Both the position numbers and the translations under genes were made by a program. Below are positions 10,463 to 20,312 of a stretch of DNA of 64,000 nt, in pieces; the first letter of the stretch is position 1; each line of letters begins with the position of its first letter. The notes under the pieces were generated by a model, which was given only the letters and a program-made list of their open reading frames with translations, was not told where the DNA came from and ran no database searches. The stretch comes from a virus. The DNA lies in the IMG/VR virus record IMGVR_UViG_3300028388_003280, positions 1-64,000 of that record, one strand, 5' to 3'.

Positions 10463-10675
10463 ATGTTGATTGAGCGTATCAAGTGCGCAATCTGTGGTAA
10501 GGAGTACAAGTCCATCACCCACACGCACACAAAGAAAGAGCATGGCATGACACTGCGTGAGTACATGGAGCAGTTTCCCGACTCACCAATTCATGCGGAG
10601 CAGGCAGACGCCAAGGTCCAAGAGGGCAAGGCGCTTTTGCTAGACGCATTGAACAAGTCTATGTTCGGAAACTAA
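10463..10675 (+). CDS. small C2H2-type zinc-finger protein
   Basis: CAICG...HTHTKKEHGMT..EY..FP pattern; strong AGGAGG RBS. Confidence 0.7.
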   Translation: MLIERIKCAICGKEYKSITHTHTKKEHGMTLREYMEQFPDSPIHAEQADAKVQEGKALLLDALNKSMFGN

Positions 10676-10676
10676 T

Positions 10677-11207
10677 ATGCCTCAGAATTTCATCGTGGAT
10701 AACCCATCTGGCTACTCATACTGCGGCGACACATATCAGGCGGTCGGCATGCCGATCTTCTATGCAGGCGCCGAGTTTGCGGTACACAAGAAAATGGGTC
10801 GCGAGTTGATCGAGAATCTGATTCAGCAGGCGGTTCTTCTGTACCGCATCGATCAGGTCAATACTGAAGACAACTTCTACGGTGAAGCCAAGACGAAGAA
10901 CTACCTGGACCCAGTGCGCCTTGAGTGTCGAGTTCAGATCACAGATCAGGACGTAGTCCTGGAGGGCGGCATCCGGAACCTCAAGCGAGGCGACATGGTG
11001 ATGCACGTCTATAATGACCACCTTTCGGACCAAGGTGTCGAGGACATTCGTGTCGGCGACTTCCTCAAGTTCGAGGGCAAGTTCTATGAGGTCTTTGACA
11101 ATGGTCCCAACGATGATGCAAACAATAGGCGGCTTGGTGTAGACAGGGAATTCTACCGCACCATTCTCGCACATGTCGTGCAGTCAGATGTGTTCTCAGG
11201 ACGGTGA
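10677..11207 (+). CDS. neck / head closure protein (gp14-like)
   Basis: NFYGEA and RVGDFL..EG..YEV motifs; position. Confidence 0.7.
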   Translation: MPQNFIVDNPSGYSYCGDTYQAVGMPIFYAGAEFAVHKKMGRELIENLIQQAVLLYRIDQVNTEDNFYGEAKTKNYLDPVRLECRVQITDQDVVLEGGIRNLKRGDMVMHVYNDHLSDQGVEDIRVGDFLKFEGKFYEVFDNGPNDDANNRRLGVDREFYRTILAHVVQSDVFSGR

Positions 11208-11209
11208 AT

Positions 11210-11314
11210 ATGTTTGAGCCACTTATTGAGCGTGCTTTGATGTTTCTCTTCGACCCGGTCGTGGAGGAGTTCATCAAGGGGCTCATGATCCTATATGTTG
11301 TAGGTATCCGATGA
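11210..11314 (+). CDS. small hydrophobic peptide (34 aa, not in ORF track)
   Basis: MFEPLIERALMFLFDPVVEEFIKGLMILYVVGIR fills the gap and overlaps the next start (ATGA). Confidence 0.4.
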   Translation: MFEPLIERALMFLFDPVVEEFIKGLMILYVVGIR

Positions 11315-12033
11315 AGCGTATTCCTGCTGGCAAGCAGCTTTCATCTCTCGGGTCGGACATTGAATGGCCGCTCGAGGTAAATCCGCTTGCCAACCAGGGA
11401 ACGTACTTTCCGCGATCAATTGGTTTTGAAGACATTGACAAGGCAGTTTATGACTGGTTCAACACAAGGGATATCGAGATCGATGGAACCAAGACTCCCG
11501 TTTTCTATCTGACCCATGAGAAGTGGGGTGAGTTCAAGAAGCAGTGGCAGTATCAAGACGAAGATGGCTTGGTCAACATGCCCTTCATCACGATCAGGCG
11601 CACTGCTCTTGCTCGCGGCCGCGATGGCCAGGGGAGAGTACCACAACCAAGACGATTCACGACATACAAGGTCCCAGTGTACGCCGAGACAGGAACAACT
11701 TACAGACACTATCGAGTGCCACAGCCTGTTCGAGTCGACATGTCATACGAGATTAGGGTGCTCACACACTATATCTCGGACATCAACAAGATCAATGAGG
11801 AGATCATCACGCACTTCGCATCCATTCAGTCGTACATCAACCTGGATGGACACACGATGCCGATGACCATTGAGAACATCGGTGATGAGTCATCTGACAC
11901 AGCATCAGAGGAACGCATTTTGCAGACCCTCTATAGCGTAACGTGCCAGGGCTACATCATTGACGAAGATGAGTTTGAAGTCGTTGATGGCGCTAGGGCC
12001 ATCATCCTAGACATCGACGAATCAATAATCTAA
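11311..12033 (+). CDS. tail terminator / sheath stabiliser (gp15-like)
   Basis: EKW, MPFITIRR and PVRVDMSYEI motifs; directly precedes the sheath gene. Confidence 0.7.
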   Translation: MKRIPAGKQLSSLGSDIEWPLEVNPLANQGTYFPRSIGFEDIDKAVYDWFNTRDIEIDGTKTPVFYLTHEKWGEFKKQWQYQDEDGLVNMPFITIRRTALARGRDGQGRVPQPRRFTTYKVPVYAETGTTYRHYRVPQPVRVDMSYEIRVLTHYISDINKINEEIITHFASIQSYINLDGHTMPMTIENIGDESSDTASEERILQTLYSVTCQGYIIDEDEFEVVDGARAIILDIDESII

Positions 12034-12045
12034 GGAGACTAACCC

Positions 12046-14301
12046 ATGGCCGAGAGATTTGTAAGTCCTGGCGTATACACGCAAGAGAGGGACTTCTCAT
12101 TCTACGTATCAAGTGTCGGAACCCCCGCGCTTGGTCTCATCGGTGAGACACCAAGGGGTCCCGCATTCGTTCCTTCGCTGGTCCGCAGCATGGGCGAATT
12201 CAGGGAGATCTTTGGTGACTACGACACCGAAAAGTTTGTCCCATATGCGGCAAACGGCTGGTTCAAGCATGCTGACCAAGCCGTCGTCGTCCGTGTTCTG
12301 GGCAAAGACGATGTGTATGATGAGGGCACTGATACCGTCATCTACATCACCGCAACAGGAACAACCGATCCATCACAGGAGTACATCGTTGCTGCACTGC
12401 TTTGGACCGGAGCTCCAACCGGTCTCGCGGTTGAGACTGGCGGTGGACTCACTGACCCGTTCACGATCGAAGCGACTTCGCCAAACGTATCGGGCGACGT
12501 CCGACTGGGCTCGCCGACCGCAGCCGATTACATCGGCCGAGTCTTCCCCGCCTCGAGCGATTCCCTCGCGTCGAACTTCATGAAGCTCATGGATGTGACC
12601 GGTGGCCACGAGTTCGATTCAGGCACGTGGACTATCGTCAGCTCACACACGCAGACCATTACTGCAAATGACCATCCGCTTGCAATGAACAGCTATGCAC
12701 CTGCCCGCACCCCGCTGATTGTCTCTGACATCGCCGCGCCGGGTCAAGCAGGTGTCGGCTTGTTCACGATCTACACACGTGCAGACGGTGTAGCTGCCAA
12801 TCAGCAGCTCAAGATTGCGATCGAGAACATCGACGCAGCCAGCGGCGACTTCGACATCGTCGTCCGCGAGTGGGATGATCTTGACAACCGTCAGGTCGTT
12901 CTCGAGCGCTTCAACAAGCTGTCTATGACTCAATCAGCTACCACATACATTGCACGAGCAATCGGTGACAGTGTTGATGGTGAGACTGGTGAGTATGAGC
13001 CGCTGAGCAAGTACATCTGGGTCGAGGTTGAGGCCGGCGATCACGCTGGTCGAGTCCCTGCCGGTTTCCGCGGCGTCAACGCACCAGGTGACGACGGTGA
13101 CCTCTTCCGCTTCCCGAACTTCCCGATGACGCTGGACTATGATCCAACTATCTCGACCTCCCGCCAGTACCTCGGTGTCAACTGGCAGGCGTTGAGCAAG
13201 GATCAGGTCATGTTCAACGAGTGGTCGCAGTGGAACCTCGACGAGACCGACGATGCGATCGTCCTTTCTGGATTCCACATTGACTCCGGAGCTAGCTCAT
13301 CCGCTGGCTACATCACGTCTGTTTCGGGTCTCACCGATTGGACCAAGGCTGAGGCTAAGTTCCTCGTTCCGGTCCTTGGCGGCCGCGACGGCTGGAGCCG
13401 CACGATGGGCCCGCTCGACGGCCTTGATCCGACCTGGTTGACGTCTAACGCAACGGTCGCTGAGGCTTTCAAGGACGCTATTGATGAGCTCTCCAACCCT
13501 GAAGAGTGGAACATGAACGTCCTGGCTATGCCTGGTATCGCCGTGAACAGCACTGTCGGTAGCTACGCCATTGACATGGTTGAGTCCCGCGCTGACACAC
13601 TCTACATCGGTGACATGCCGAAGGACCTGTCAAGTGCAGCTGCTGCAGCAACTATTGCAGACAGCATCGATACCAACTACGCAGCCACCTACTGGCCATA
13701 TGTCCAGTTCTTTGACACGGACAACCAGCAGAGCGTCTGGTACCCACCAACGCCACAGGCTCTTGAGGCTATCGCGTATACCGACTCGGTTGCTTACCCA
13801 TGGTGGGCAGCTGCCGGTATGAACCGCGGTCTCCTCACAGACGTGGTCAAGGCTGAGTACCGCCTCACACAGGGTGAACGTGACGAGCTCTACGAGGGCA
13901 AGATCAATCCGATCGCAACCTTCCCTGGACAGGGCATCGTGATCTGGGGTCAGAAGACTCTGCAGACGAGGACCACTGCGCTGGATCGCATCAACGTCCG
14001 CCGCATGCTTCTCTATGTCCGCAAGGTCATCGCTGGTGCCAGCAAGTTCGTACTCTTCGAGCCGAACGACCAGGCAACCCGTGATCGTCTCCAGGCGATC
14101 ATCCAGCCTGTCCTAGACCTCGTTCGTATCAAGCGCGGCCTCGAGGACTTCCGTATCGTGATTGATGAGAGCGTCAACACGCCGGAGGTCATTGACCGTG
14201 GACAGATCATCGCACAGATCTTCATCAAGCCTACCAAGGCTGCAGAGACGATCGTGCTTTACTTCAACATCACGGCGCAGGGCGTCGAGTTCGAGGAGTA
14301 A
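12046..14301 (+). CDS. gp18: contractile tail sheath protein
   Basis: FVSPGVYTQERD, GETPRGP, WAAAGMNRG, RDELYEGKINPI, WGQKTL, DRINVRR. Confidence 0.95.
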   Translation: MAERFVSPGVYTQERDFSFYVSSVGTPALGLIGETPRGPAFVPSLVRSMGEFREIFGDYDTEKFVPYAANGWFKHADQAVVVRVLGKDDVYDEGTDTVIYITATGTTDPSQEYIVAALLWTGAPTGLAVETGGGLTDPFTIEATSPNVSGDVRLGSPTAADYIGRVFPASSDSLASNFMKLMDVTGGHEFDSGTWTIVSSHTQTITANDHPLAMNSYAPARTPLIVSDIAAPGQAGVGLFTIYTRADGVAANQQLKIAIENIDAASGDFDIVVREWDDLDNRQVVLERFNKLSMTQSATTYIARAIGDSVDGETGEYEPLSKYIWVEVEAGDHAGRVPAGFRGVNAPGDDGDLFRFPNFPMTLDYDPTISTSRQYLGVNWQALSKDQVMFNEWSQWNLDETDDAIVLSGFHIDSGASSSAGYITSVSGLTDWTKAEAKFLVPVLGGRDGWSRTMGPLDGLDPTWLTSNATVAEAFKDAIDELSNPEEWNMNVLAMPGIAVNSTVGSYAIDMVESRADTLYIGDMPKDLSSAAAAATIADSIDTNYAATYWPYVQFFDTDNQQSVWYPPTPQALEAIAYTDSVAYPWWAAAGMNRGLLTDVVKAEYRLTQGERDELYEGKINPIATFPGQGIVIWGQKTLQTRTTALDRINVRRMLLYVRKVIAGASKFVLFEPNDQATRDRLQAIIQPVLDLVRIKRGLEDFRIVIDESVNTPEVIDRGQIIAQIFIKPTKAAETIVLYFNITAQGVEFEE

Positions 14302-14513
14302 GCTAGGCGAATCTAGACAAGAAGGCGGTTGGCGAGCTCAATAGAGACGCCAACCGTCGCCGCCACAAGAGGGTAGAAATCGGAGACGGTGAAGTCTGGT
14401 ATTGGGAAAACGGTGACTTCGCATCGAAGAAAGCACTCGTCAGCAACAAAGATGGCGAGGAGAAGAAGGTGCCGTTTTCCAAAATCAAGGGCATCATGAC
14501 AGAAGGAAGATCA

Positions 14514-14852
14514 ATGAGGCGATCAGAACTACGACGAATGATCCGTGAGGAGGTGTCGGCTTACCGCCGACGCCGACTCAATGAGCTTAACATCAAGGAC
14601 AAGCTTGAGATCAAGGCAGCAGTCGGAGCAATGAAGATCGCCGGCGGAGGATCAATCCCATCGGATATAATCCAAGGTGCTAAGTTGCAAGCTGACGAAG
14701 CCAACAAGTATAAGGATGATCCAGAACAGCTGGCAAAGCGTCTGAGGAATGCGGGACACAGCGACAAAGATGTCAAGAAGGCCACATCAAACCCAGCAAA
14801 GTATGCTGAGATGGCCACGGCACTCTATGATGCGCTGAAGAACGCAGGTTAA
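14514..14852 (+). CDS. leader-bearing hypothetical protein (MRRSELRRMIREEV...LNE)
   Basis: Carries the shared leader; the frame is also open upstream to 14307. Confidence 0.7.
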   Translation: MRRSELRRMIREEVSAYRRRRLNELNIKDKLEIKAAVGAMKIAGGGSIPSDIIQGAKLQADEANKYKDDPEQLAKRLRNAGHSDKDVKKATSNPAKYAEMATALYDALKNAG

Positions 14853-14887
14853 CACACCCCTGTGATTTTCACGACCACAGGGCGGTT

Positions 14888-14918
14888 GCGGGACGGACTT
14901 CGGTTCGTCCCGCTTTTT
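14888..14918 (+). terminator. intrinsic terminator
   Basis: GCGGGACGGAC-TTCG-GTTCGTCCCGC stem followed by TTTTT. Confidence 0.85.
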
Positions 14919-14970
14919 CATGTGTCGAGGTATTTATCCCTGACAGTTCTACTAATGGAGGTACTGAACA

Positions 14971-15783
14971 ATGGCTGATCCCATCCTGCAACCAGAAGAG
15001 CACGCAAACGAACAGCGTGCCACTGCATCCCCAACAGAATCAATCCGCCCCTTCGACGTCGTCAAGCTACCGACGCTGGGCAAACTATACACCGATGGCC
15101 CACTAGCCGGTGTAGAGTATGTCGAGGTCCACTACCTGACTGCTAAGGAGGAGGATATCCTTACGTCTACCAACCTCATCCAGTCTGGTAAGATGATCGA
15201 CGCACTTCTCAGGAGTGTTCTCCGTGATCGCACCATCGACCCACAGAAGATGTTCCTCGGGGATCGCAATACGATCCTCGTTTGGCTGCGTAGCACTGGA
15301 TACGGCGCAGAGTATGAGGTGGAGCTACAGTGTGGCGCCTGCGGTGATAGATTTGCACATACGTTCGACCTATCGGCCCTCGACGTCCGCGAGCTGGATA
15401 TCACACCTGACGAGGACGGCTTGTTCTCACTCGATCTGCCTGTGACCAAGGAGACTGTACGCTTGCGCTTCCTGACGGCAGAAGAGGATGCAGAAATTGA
15501 CAAGCAGGTGGCACTCCGAACACGCAAGCTTGGTGGCGGTGGGAACCCAATGACAGCCCGGCTTTTGGCGTATGTCAAGGACGTTGTCGGCAAGGATGAC
15601 AATGAGCGCAAGGCTTTCATCGAGTCTCTACCTGTTCGCGACACACGGGCGATCCGGAAGTTCATTGCTGACTACGAGCCATCAGTCGTTATGCAGCAGG
15701 ACGCCCAGTGCACCAAGTGCGGTCACCTCAACGAGGAGGTTGGCGTGCCGGTAACGGCCCAGTTTTTTTGGCCTGACGCCTGA
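14971..15783 (+). CDS. baseplate hub / tail assembly chaperone (gp26-like)
   Basis: LPTLGKLY, LTAKEEDILT, GDR..IL..LR..GYG, two CxxC pairs, ends in FFWPDA; TATTTA at 14931. Confidence 0.8.
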   Translation: MADPILQPEEHANEQRATASPTESIRPFDVVKLPTLGKLYTDGPLAGVEYVEVHYLTAKEEDILTSTNLIQSGKMIDALLRSVLRDRTIDPQKMFLGDRNTILVWLRSTGYGAEYEVELQCGACGDRFAHTFDLSALDVRELDITPDEDGLFSLDLPVTKETVRLRFLTAEEDAEIDKQVALRTRKLGGGGNPMTARLLAYVKDVVGKDDNERKAFIESLPVRDTRAIRKFIADYEPSVVMQQDAQCTKCGHLNEEVGVPVTAQFFWPDA

Positions 15784-15784
15784 G

Positions 15785-15943
15785 ATGAAGAAGCTGATTA
15801 TGGAGCAGGTGTTTTCACTACAGTTCCATGGTCGATTGAGCTACACAGAAGTCATGCTCATGCCTGTTTGGCAGCGTAGATGGTGGTCGAAGCGCGTCCA
15901 CAAGGAGTTCGACACGATGTACAAACCAAAGGGCAAGAAATAG
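15785..15943 (+). CDS. gp51-like small baseplate assembly ORF (52 aa, not in ORF track)
   Basis: MKKLIMEQVFSLQFHGRLSYTEVMLMPVWQRRWW...; SYTEV..MP.W.R motif; directly follows the gp26-like gene. Confidence 0.7.
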   Translation: MKKLIMEQVFSLQFHGRLSYTEVMLMPVWQRRWWSKRVHKEFDTMYKPKGKK

Positions 15944-15987
15944 CATCTCCCCCCTCATGGGGTATTTAGAGATGACGGAGGTCAAAC

Positions 15988-16245
15988 ATGGCATATCGCA
16001 AGAGCTACTACGAGCAGAGGAAGGAAGAGGAAGCACGCATCCGCGAAGCTGTCCAAGCCCAAATCGCTCAGCAGCAGGCCCCAGCGCCAGAACCAGTAGT
16101 TGAAGAGCCCGTAGTCGAAGAAGCTCCGGTTGAAGATCTTCCAGACAAGAGCTGGACAAAGACTTCGATCAAGGAATGGCTCGACGATGCAGGCATCGAG
16201 TACAGCGACTCAATGACGAAGTCAGAGTTGCTAGATCTAATCTAA
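15988..16245 (+). CDS. small protein with a C-terminal HeH/LEM-like domain
   Basis: WTKTSIKEWLDDAGIEYSDSMTKSELLDLI; GGAGG RBS and TATTTA at 15963. Confidence 0.65.
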   Translation: MAYRKSYYEQRKEEEARIREAVQAQIAQQQAPAPEPVVEEPVVEEAPVEDLPDKSWTKTSIKEWLDDAGIEYSDSMTKSELLDLI

Positions 16246-16258
16246 GGAGACAGCCACA

Positions 16259-16747
16259 ATGGCAGACATGCTCAGACCCGTTCCGATTGATATTGAACCA
16301 AAGCGCCAGAATAGGTGGGTCATCGAGTTCCCTGCCGATCTGGAGTTCGCAGAGTGGATGGTCCAGACGGCAAATCGCCCAACGGCTACCATCAACGAGA
16401 CGCCTATCGAGTTCATGAACACCACAACATATGTTGCTGGTCGCGCCACATGGGAGACCATCAGTGTGTCGTTCATCGATCCGATCGGTCCATCGGCCAC
16501 ACAGAAGGTCATCCAGTGGATCCGTCAGTGCATTGAGTACAGCACGGGCCGCATGGGATATGCTGTGAACTACAAGAAGAACCTCGTCCTCAAGATGCTC
16601 GACCCTGCAGGTGAGACTGTTGAGAAGTGGGTTCTCGAGGGATGCTTCATCACTTCAGCGAACTTCGGCCAGCTGGACTACAGCACCGACAGCCTTGCAA
16701 CGGTTGAGACAACCATCCGCTTCGACAAGGCCGTGCTGGAGTACTAA
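16259..16747 (+). CDS. gp19: tail tube protein (gp19-like)
   Basis: EPKRQNRW, YVAGRATW, KMLDPAGETVEKW.LEG.F...NFG.LDY. Confidence 0.9.
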   Translation: MADMLRPVPIDIEPKRQNRWVIEFPADLEFAEWMVQTANRPTATINETPIEFMNTTTYVAGRATWETISVSFIDPIGPSATQKVIQWIRQCIEYSTGRMGYAVNYKKNLVLKMLDPAGETVEKWVLEGCFITSANFGQLDYSTDSLATVETTIRFDKAVLEY

Positions 16748-16775
16748 TCGCTCCACCACCACCACTCAGCGCTGC

Positions 16776-16803
16776 AAAGCCCGTCAGGAAACTGGCGGGC
16801 TTT
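16776..16803 (+). terminator. intrinsic terminator after the tube gene
   Basis: AAAGCCCGTCAG-GAAA-CTGGCGGGCTTT hairpin. Confidence 0.75.
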
Positions 16804-16827
16804 GCTATTTACCTATAGAGGTATTCC

Positions 16828-19026
16828 ATGGCAGACGCATTCACAGGTGGAGCAGACTACGGCGGAACAGGCGCCGGTGAATTTGCAAACGAGAGCTTTA
16901 AGATCTTTGGCATGTCCGTTGCACAATTTGCAGCAGCAGTTGCCGCTATGGATGTCCTGGGCATGGAGCTCGGAAACACCATTGAGAATTCGGTTGGCAA
17001 GGCCGTCAAGACTCAGAAGAAGTCTGCTGCATCAACTGATGAGTTCTCCAGGGCAACTAGAGACTTCGGCCGTGACGTTGACAAGAATGCGCAGACGTGG
17101 CAAGAACGCGCTCGTGAGGAGCAGCGCCAGGCCAAGGATTATGGCAAGGTCGCCAAGATCTTCTCTACTGACTTCAAGACACTGTTCAAGGATTGGAAGA
17201 AGAGCCAATCTGATGCACACCGCAATCGCGTGTTGTCATTCAAAGCACTCGTCAAGGACTTCAAGCAGGCTCGCGGTGGAGGTGGACTTGAAGGTATTGC
17301 TAACAGGGATACAGCAGCCGTCCTTCAGGAAGATGCAAGGCAGAGAGTCCAGACTCGCGTAGTCGGCGGTCTACAGAATATAACGAAAACAGTAGGCCCA
17401 CTCGTAAACGTGTTCAAGAGCTTCCTCATGCGGTTCATACCGTTCGTTAGCGTCCTTAGTGTATTGACTAAGGTTCTGACTGCATTGGTTGCCGGCTTCG
17501 ACGCAGCGTCTTCACTAACACGAACCCTCGGTATTGACACGTCCCGCGGTTTTGCCCGCAGTGATATCAGAACAGGCACAAACCCGGCCTTCACATCTGC
17601 ATTTGGTAACGCGAACAGTGTGTTCATGTCGGATCAAGCCATTGCGGATCAAATGGTTGCAATCAATTCGGGCTTGGAAAACGCCAACAAGTTAACCGCA
17701 GATCTAGTCGCCCAGTCATGGGGCGTATCTAGGGCGTTCAATATGAGCGCTGAAGAAGTCGGCCGATACTTTGGAACACTTTCCCGTGCCCTTGGTCTAT
17801 CTGAAAACCAAATCACTGACATCTTCGGAGTTGCTGCAGTTGGTGCCGAGCGTCTCGGCCTCAATATCACCGATATTACAAGTCAGATTCTTGAGTGGCC
17901 TAGTGCCGCGTTTGCCTTTGCTACAAACACACGAGCTGGCCGTGTCGAACTCGGTCGGATGTTCTTGCAGGCACAGCTTCTCGAGTCATCACTCCGTGAG
18001 GCTAGAAACTTCGGCGACGCAATGTTCGATCAGCAGACGATGGTGCAGACAGCCGCAGATTTCCAGCGCGCAGGTCTCGGCATCACAATGACAGATCTCA
18101 TCACATCTGCATATGATGATCCAACAACCATCATCAAGCGCATTTATGAAGAGGTCGATAAGCTGTATCCTGGCGGCATCGCATCCATGAACGGTGCCAA
18201 CCGTCGCTTCATTCAGCAGCTTGTTTTTTCTGCTGGTGGTGGATCTGTCGGCCAGTTGTTCAACAATGATGTAGGTGCATTCAGCAAGGGATTGAGTGCT
18301 TTTGCCGGTGGCAGACTCGATGAGCTTGAGACCATCCTAGCAGATATGATGAATCCGGGAGCTGGTCCATTCAGTGAAGAGAACATCCGCAAGCGTATTG
18401 GAACGTTCATTAAAGAGGGCCAAACGTTAGATCAGATTGTGGAGGGTCTAGGCGACAAGCTCGTGGACGCACTCGTTAAGAGTAAGCTGGGTCAGGAAAT
18501 TTCAGCTGGTATGCGTGCCTTGGTGCGTTGGGCTAACTTTGCAACATTTGGATTCGCTGGCCGGGGTGCAGAGGATACGACAGATCCCAACGTTAAGGCC
18601 CAGGTGGATGCCGGTGTTCGCGGGTTCAACCAATCAACTGGTACAGATATTGGTAACGCTATGAATCGTACCGCCCCGACTGACCAGCCAACCAAGCCCG
18701 AGGATCAGTGGGCTCCATGGGACTCTTCTGCCCGCAGTGTTGTCTGGTGGTCAATGACGGGTCAAGGTCCAGATAGTGTCCCTCTCGCGCCACAATACAC
18801 TGATGACGATGGTATCACAGTTAGTGAACTCGTTGCAGATTTCATTTCGCGCTCTGGCGTTGACCCATCAACAGATACTGGCGAAGACCGGATCAAGGCA
18901 GCGGTAGAATCATTGGTTGCACGTATGAAGGCAGAGGGCATGTTCGAACGTGGGGACTTGAGGATCACAAACTTCCAGGGCAAGGAACTCATGCGTGCGA
19001 TTGAAGAACAAAGGTCGGGTAGCTAA
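16828..19026 (+). CDS. tape measure-like protein
   Basis: 732 aa, A/G-rich and helical with a hydrophobic segment; follows the tube gene; TATTTA at 16806. Confidence 0.7.
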   Translation: MADAFTGGADYGGTGAGEFANESFKIFGMSVAQFAAAVAAMDVLGMELGNTIENSVGKAVKTQKKSAASTDEFSRATRDFGRDVDKNAQTWQERAREEQRQAKDYGKVAKIFSTDFKTLFKDWKKSQSDAHRNRVLSFKALVKDFKQARGGGGLEGIANRDTAAVLQEDARQRVQTRVVGGLQNITKTVGPLVNVFKSFLMRFIPFVSVLSVLTKVLTALVAGFDAASSLTRTLGIDTSRGFARSDIRTGTNPAFTSAFGNANSVFMSDQAIADQMVAINSGLENANKLTADLVAQSWGVSRAFNMSAEEVGRYFGTLSRALGLSENQITDIFGVAAVGAERLGLNITDITSQILEWPSAAFAFATNTRAGRVELGRMFLQAQLLESSLREARNFGDAMFDQQTMVQTAADFQRAGLGITMTDLITSAYDDPTTIIKRIYEEVDKLYPGGIASMNGANRRFIQQLVFSAGGGSVGQLFNNDVGAFSKGLSAFAGGRLDELETILADMMNPGAGPFSEENIRKRIGTFIKEGQTLDQIVEGLGDKLVDALVKSKLGQEISAGMRALVRWANFATFGFAGRGAEDTTDPNVKAQVDAGVRGFNQSTGTDIGNAMNRTAPTDQPTKPEDQWAPWDSSARSVVWWSMTGQGPDSVPLAPQYTDDDGITVSELVADFISRSGVDPSTDTGEDRIKAAVESLVARMKAEGMFERGDLRITNFQGKELMRAIEEQRSGS

Positions 19027-20312
19027 TGTCAGAGCAAGATCGCAGAAGGCTGCTGTCTAACAACCAGGCGTATGAGCAGATTGATGCGGATGACCTACTC
19101 AACCGTCGTCAGAACTTCCTCCGTGCACTTGTTCAGGAATCTGCTCAAGCTGTTAGTAGGGCAAAGTCATATGCTTCGCGCATCGTGGAAGATAATATCG
19201 CCAATATAGCATCAGGTGGTGGACTGTCAGGCATCGACAGTCTGACATCTAATGGCCGCTTCCGACCAAAGATCGTTGGACCAATTGAGCAACTATCGAC
19301 CCGTGAGCAGGGCAATATTCTCGGTGGAGTCACACCGAGGAATCTGCCTGGTGTTCGTGGGTTGTTCATCATGGATGAGGCTGAGCATAGAGATCGAGCT
19401 GAGCAGGCTACAGAGCGGGACAACCGGTATACGCCAAAGTCTACATGGCGCCAGAGCGATGAATACACAGACCTCCGCAGCCAGATTGTCGGAACTGTGT
19501 TTCCATTCACGATTCGTAATCTTGCCCGCTTAGGATTCCCCAACGCTGACGACCTCGAGGACGCCGCCGCTCCAGGCGGCAACATCGGGGCTAAGGGCTT
19601 CCGCGAGTCCTTTATTCCATATATCAATAGCTTCAATGAGCAATACACTGCAAATTGGGATGGGCGAGGTTACATCGGCAGAAGTGAAGATGTCTACATG
19701 TACCAAAGCACATCTCGCGGATTCAACCTTGACTTCACCATGGTTGCAATGTCAAATTATGAGCGCCGCAGAATAATCGACCTTGAAAAGGGGTCTGATG
19801 CTGATTCTGGTAGATATGGATACAAGCTACCAATAGATCAGTTAGATCCAGAGCTCACAAATGCACTTGGCGCACTAACGTTCGGATTCGCCGGGCCGCC
19901 TGGCGCCGCGGCGGCGGTATCTAGTGACATCGCCCGGCAGGATGTTCTTGAGCAGCCGTCGATGACTAAAGAGGAGATGTGGCGCAAGCTGAAGTTCCTT
20001 GAAAGCTGCCTATACCCGTCATACGACACAGATGATCGATATGCCCGGACTCCATTCCTCCGCATCGATTTTGGACACCTATGGCGAAATCAGCTGATGA
20101 TTATCACGTCGCTGAACATCACATATACGCCACTTGTCTGGACCATTGGCGATGCAGAGATTCTACCAATGTTTGCAAACGTCGTCATGGGTGGTACACT
20201 TATCCACGACAGCAGTCCAGGCACGCTCGCTGATGGGCGGTTCGGATATACAACAGCAGACGATCAGTTTGTGTCCACCCGTGCTCCAATCACACCGAAT
20301 GAGGACAACTGA
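19026..20312 (+). CDS. baseplate / tube initiator-like protein
   Basis: YTANW...YIGRSEDVYMY..TSR..F and YPSY...PF.RI.FG motifs; position. Confidence 0.65.
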   Translation: MSEQDRRRLLSNNQAYEQIDADDLLNRRQNFLRALVQESAQAVSRAKSYASRIVEDNIANIASGGGLSGIDSLTSNGRFRPKIVGPIEQLSTREQGNILGGVTPRNLPGVRGLFIMDEAEHRDRAEQATERDNRYTPKSTWRQSDEYTDLRSQIVGTVFPFTIRNLARLGFPNADDLEDAAAPGGNIGAKGFRESFIPYINSFNEQYTANWDGRGYIGRSEDVYMYQSTSRGFNLDFTMVAMSNYERRRIIDLEKGSDADSGRYGYKLPIDQLDPELTNALGALTFGFAGPPGAAAAVSSDIARQDVLEQPSMTKEEMWRKLKFLESCLYPSYDTDDRYARTPFLRIDFGHLWRNQLMIITSLNITYTPLVWTIGDAEILPMFANVVMGGTLIHDSSPGTLADGRFGYTTADDQFVSTRAPITPNEDN

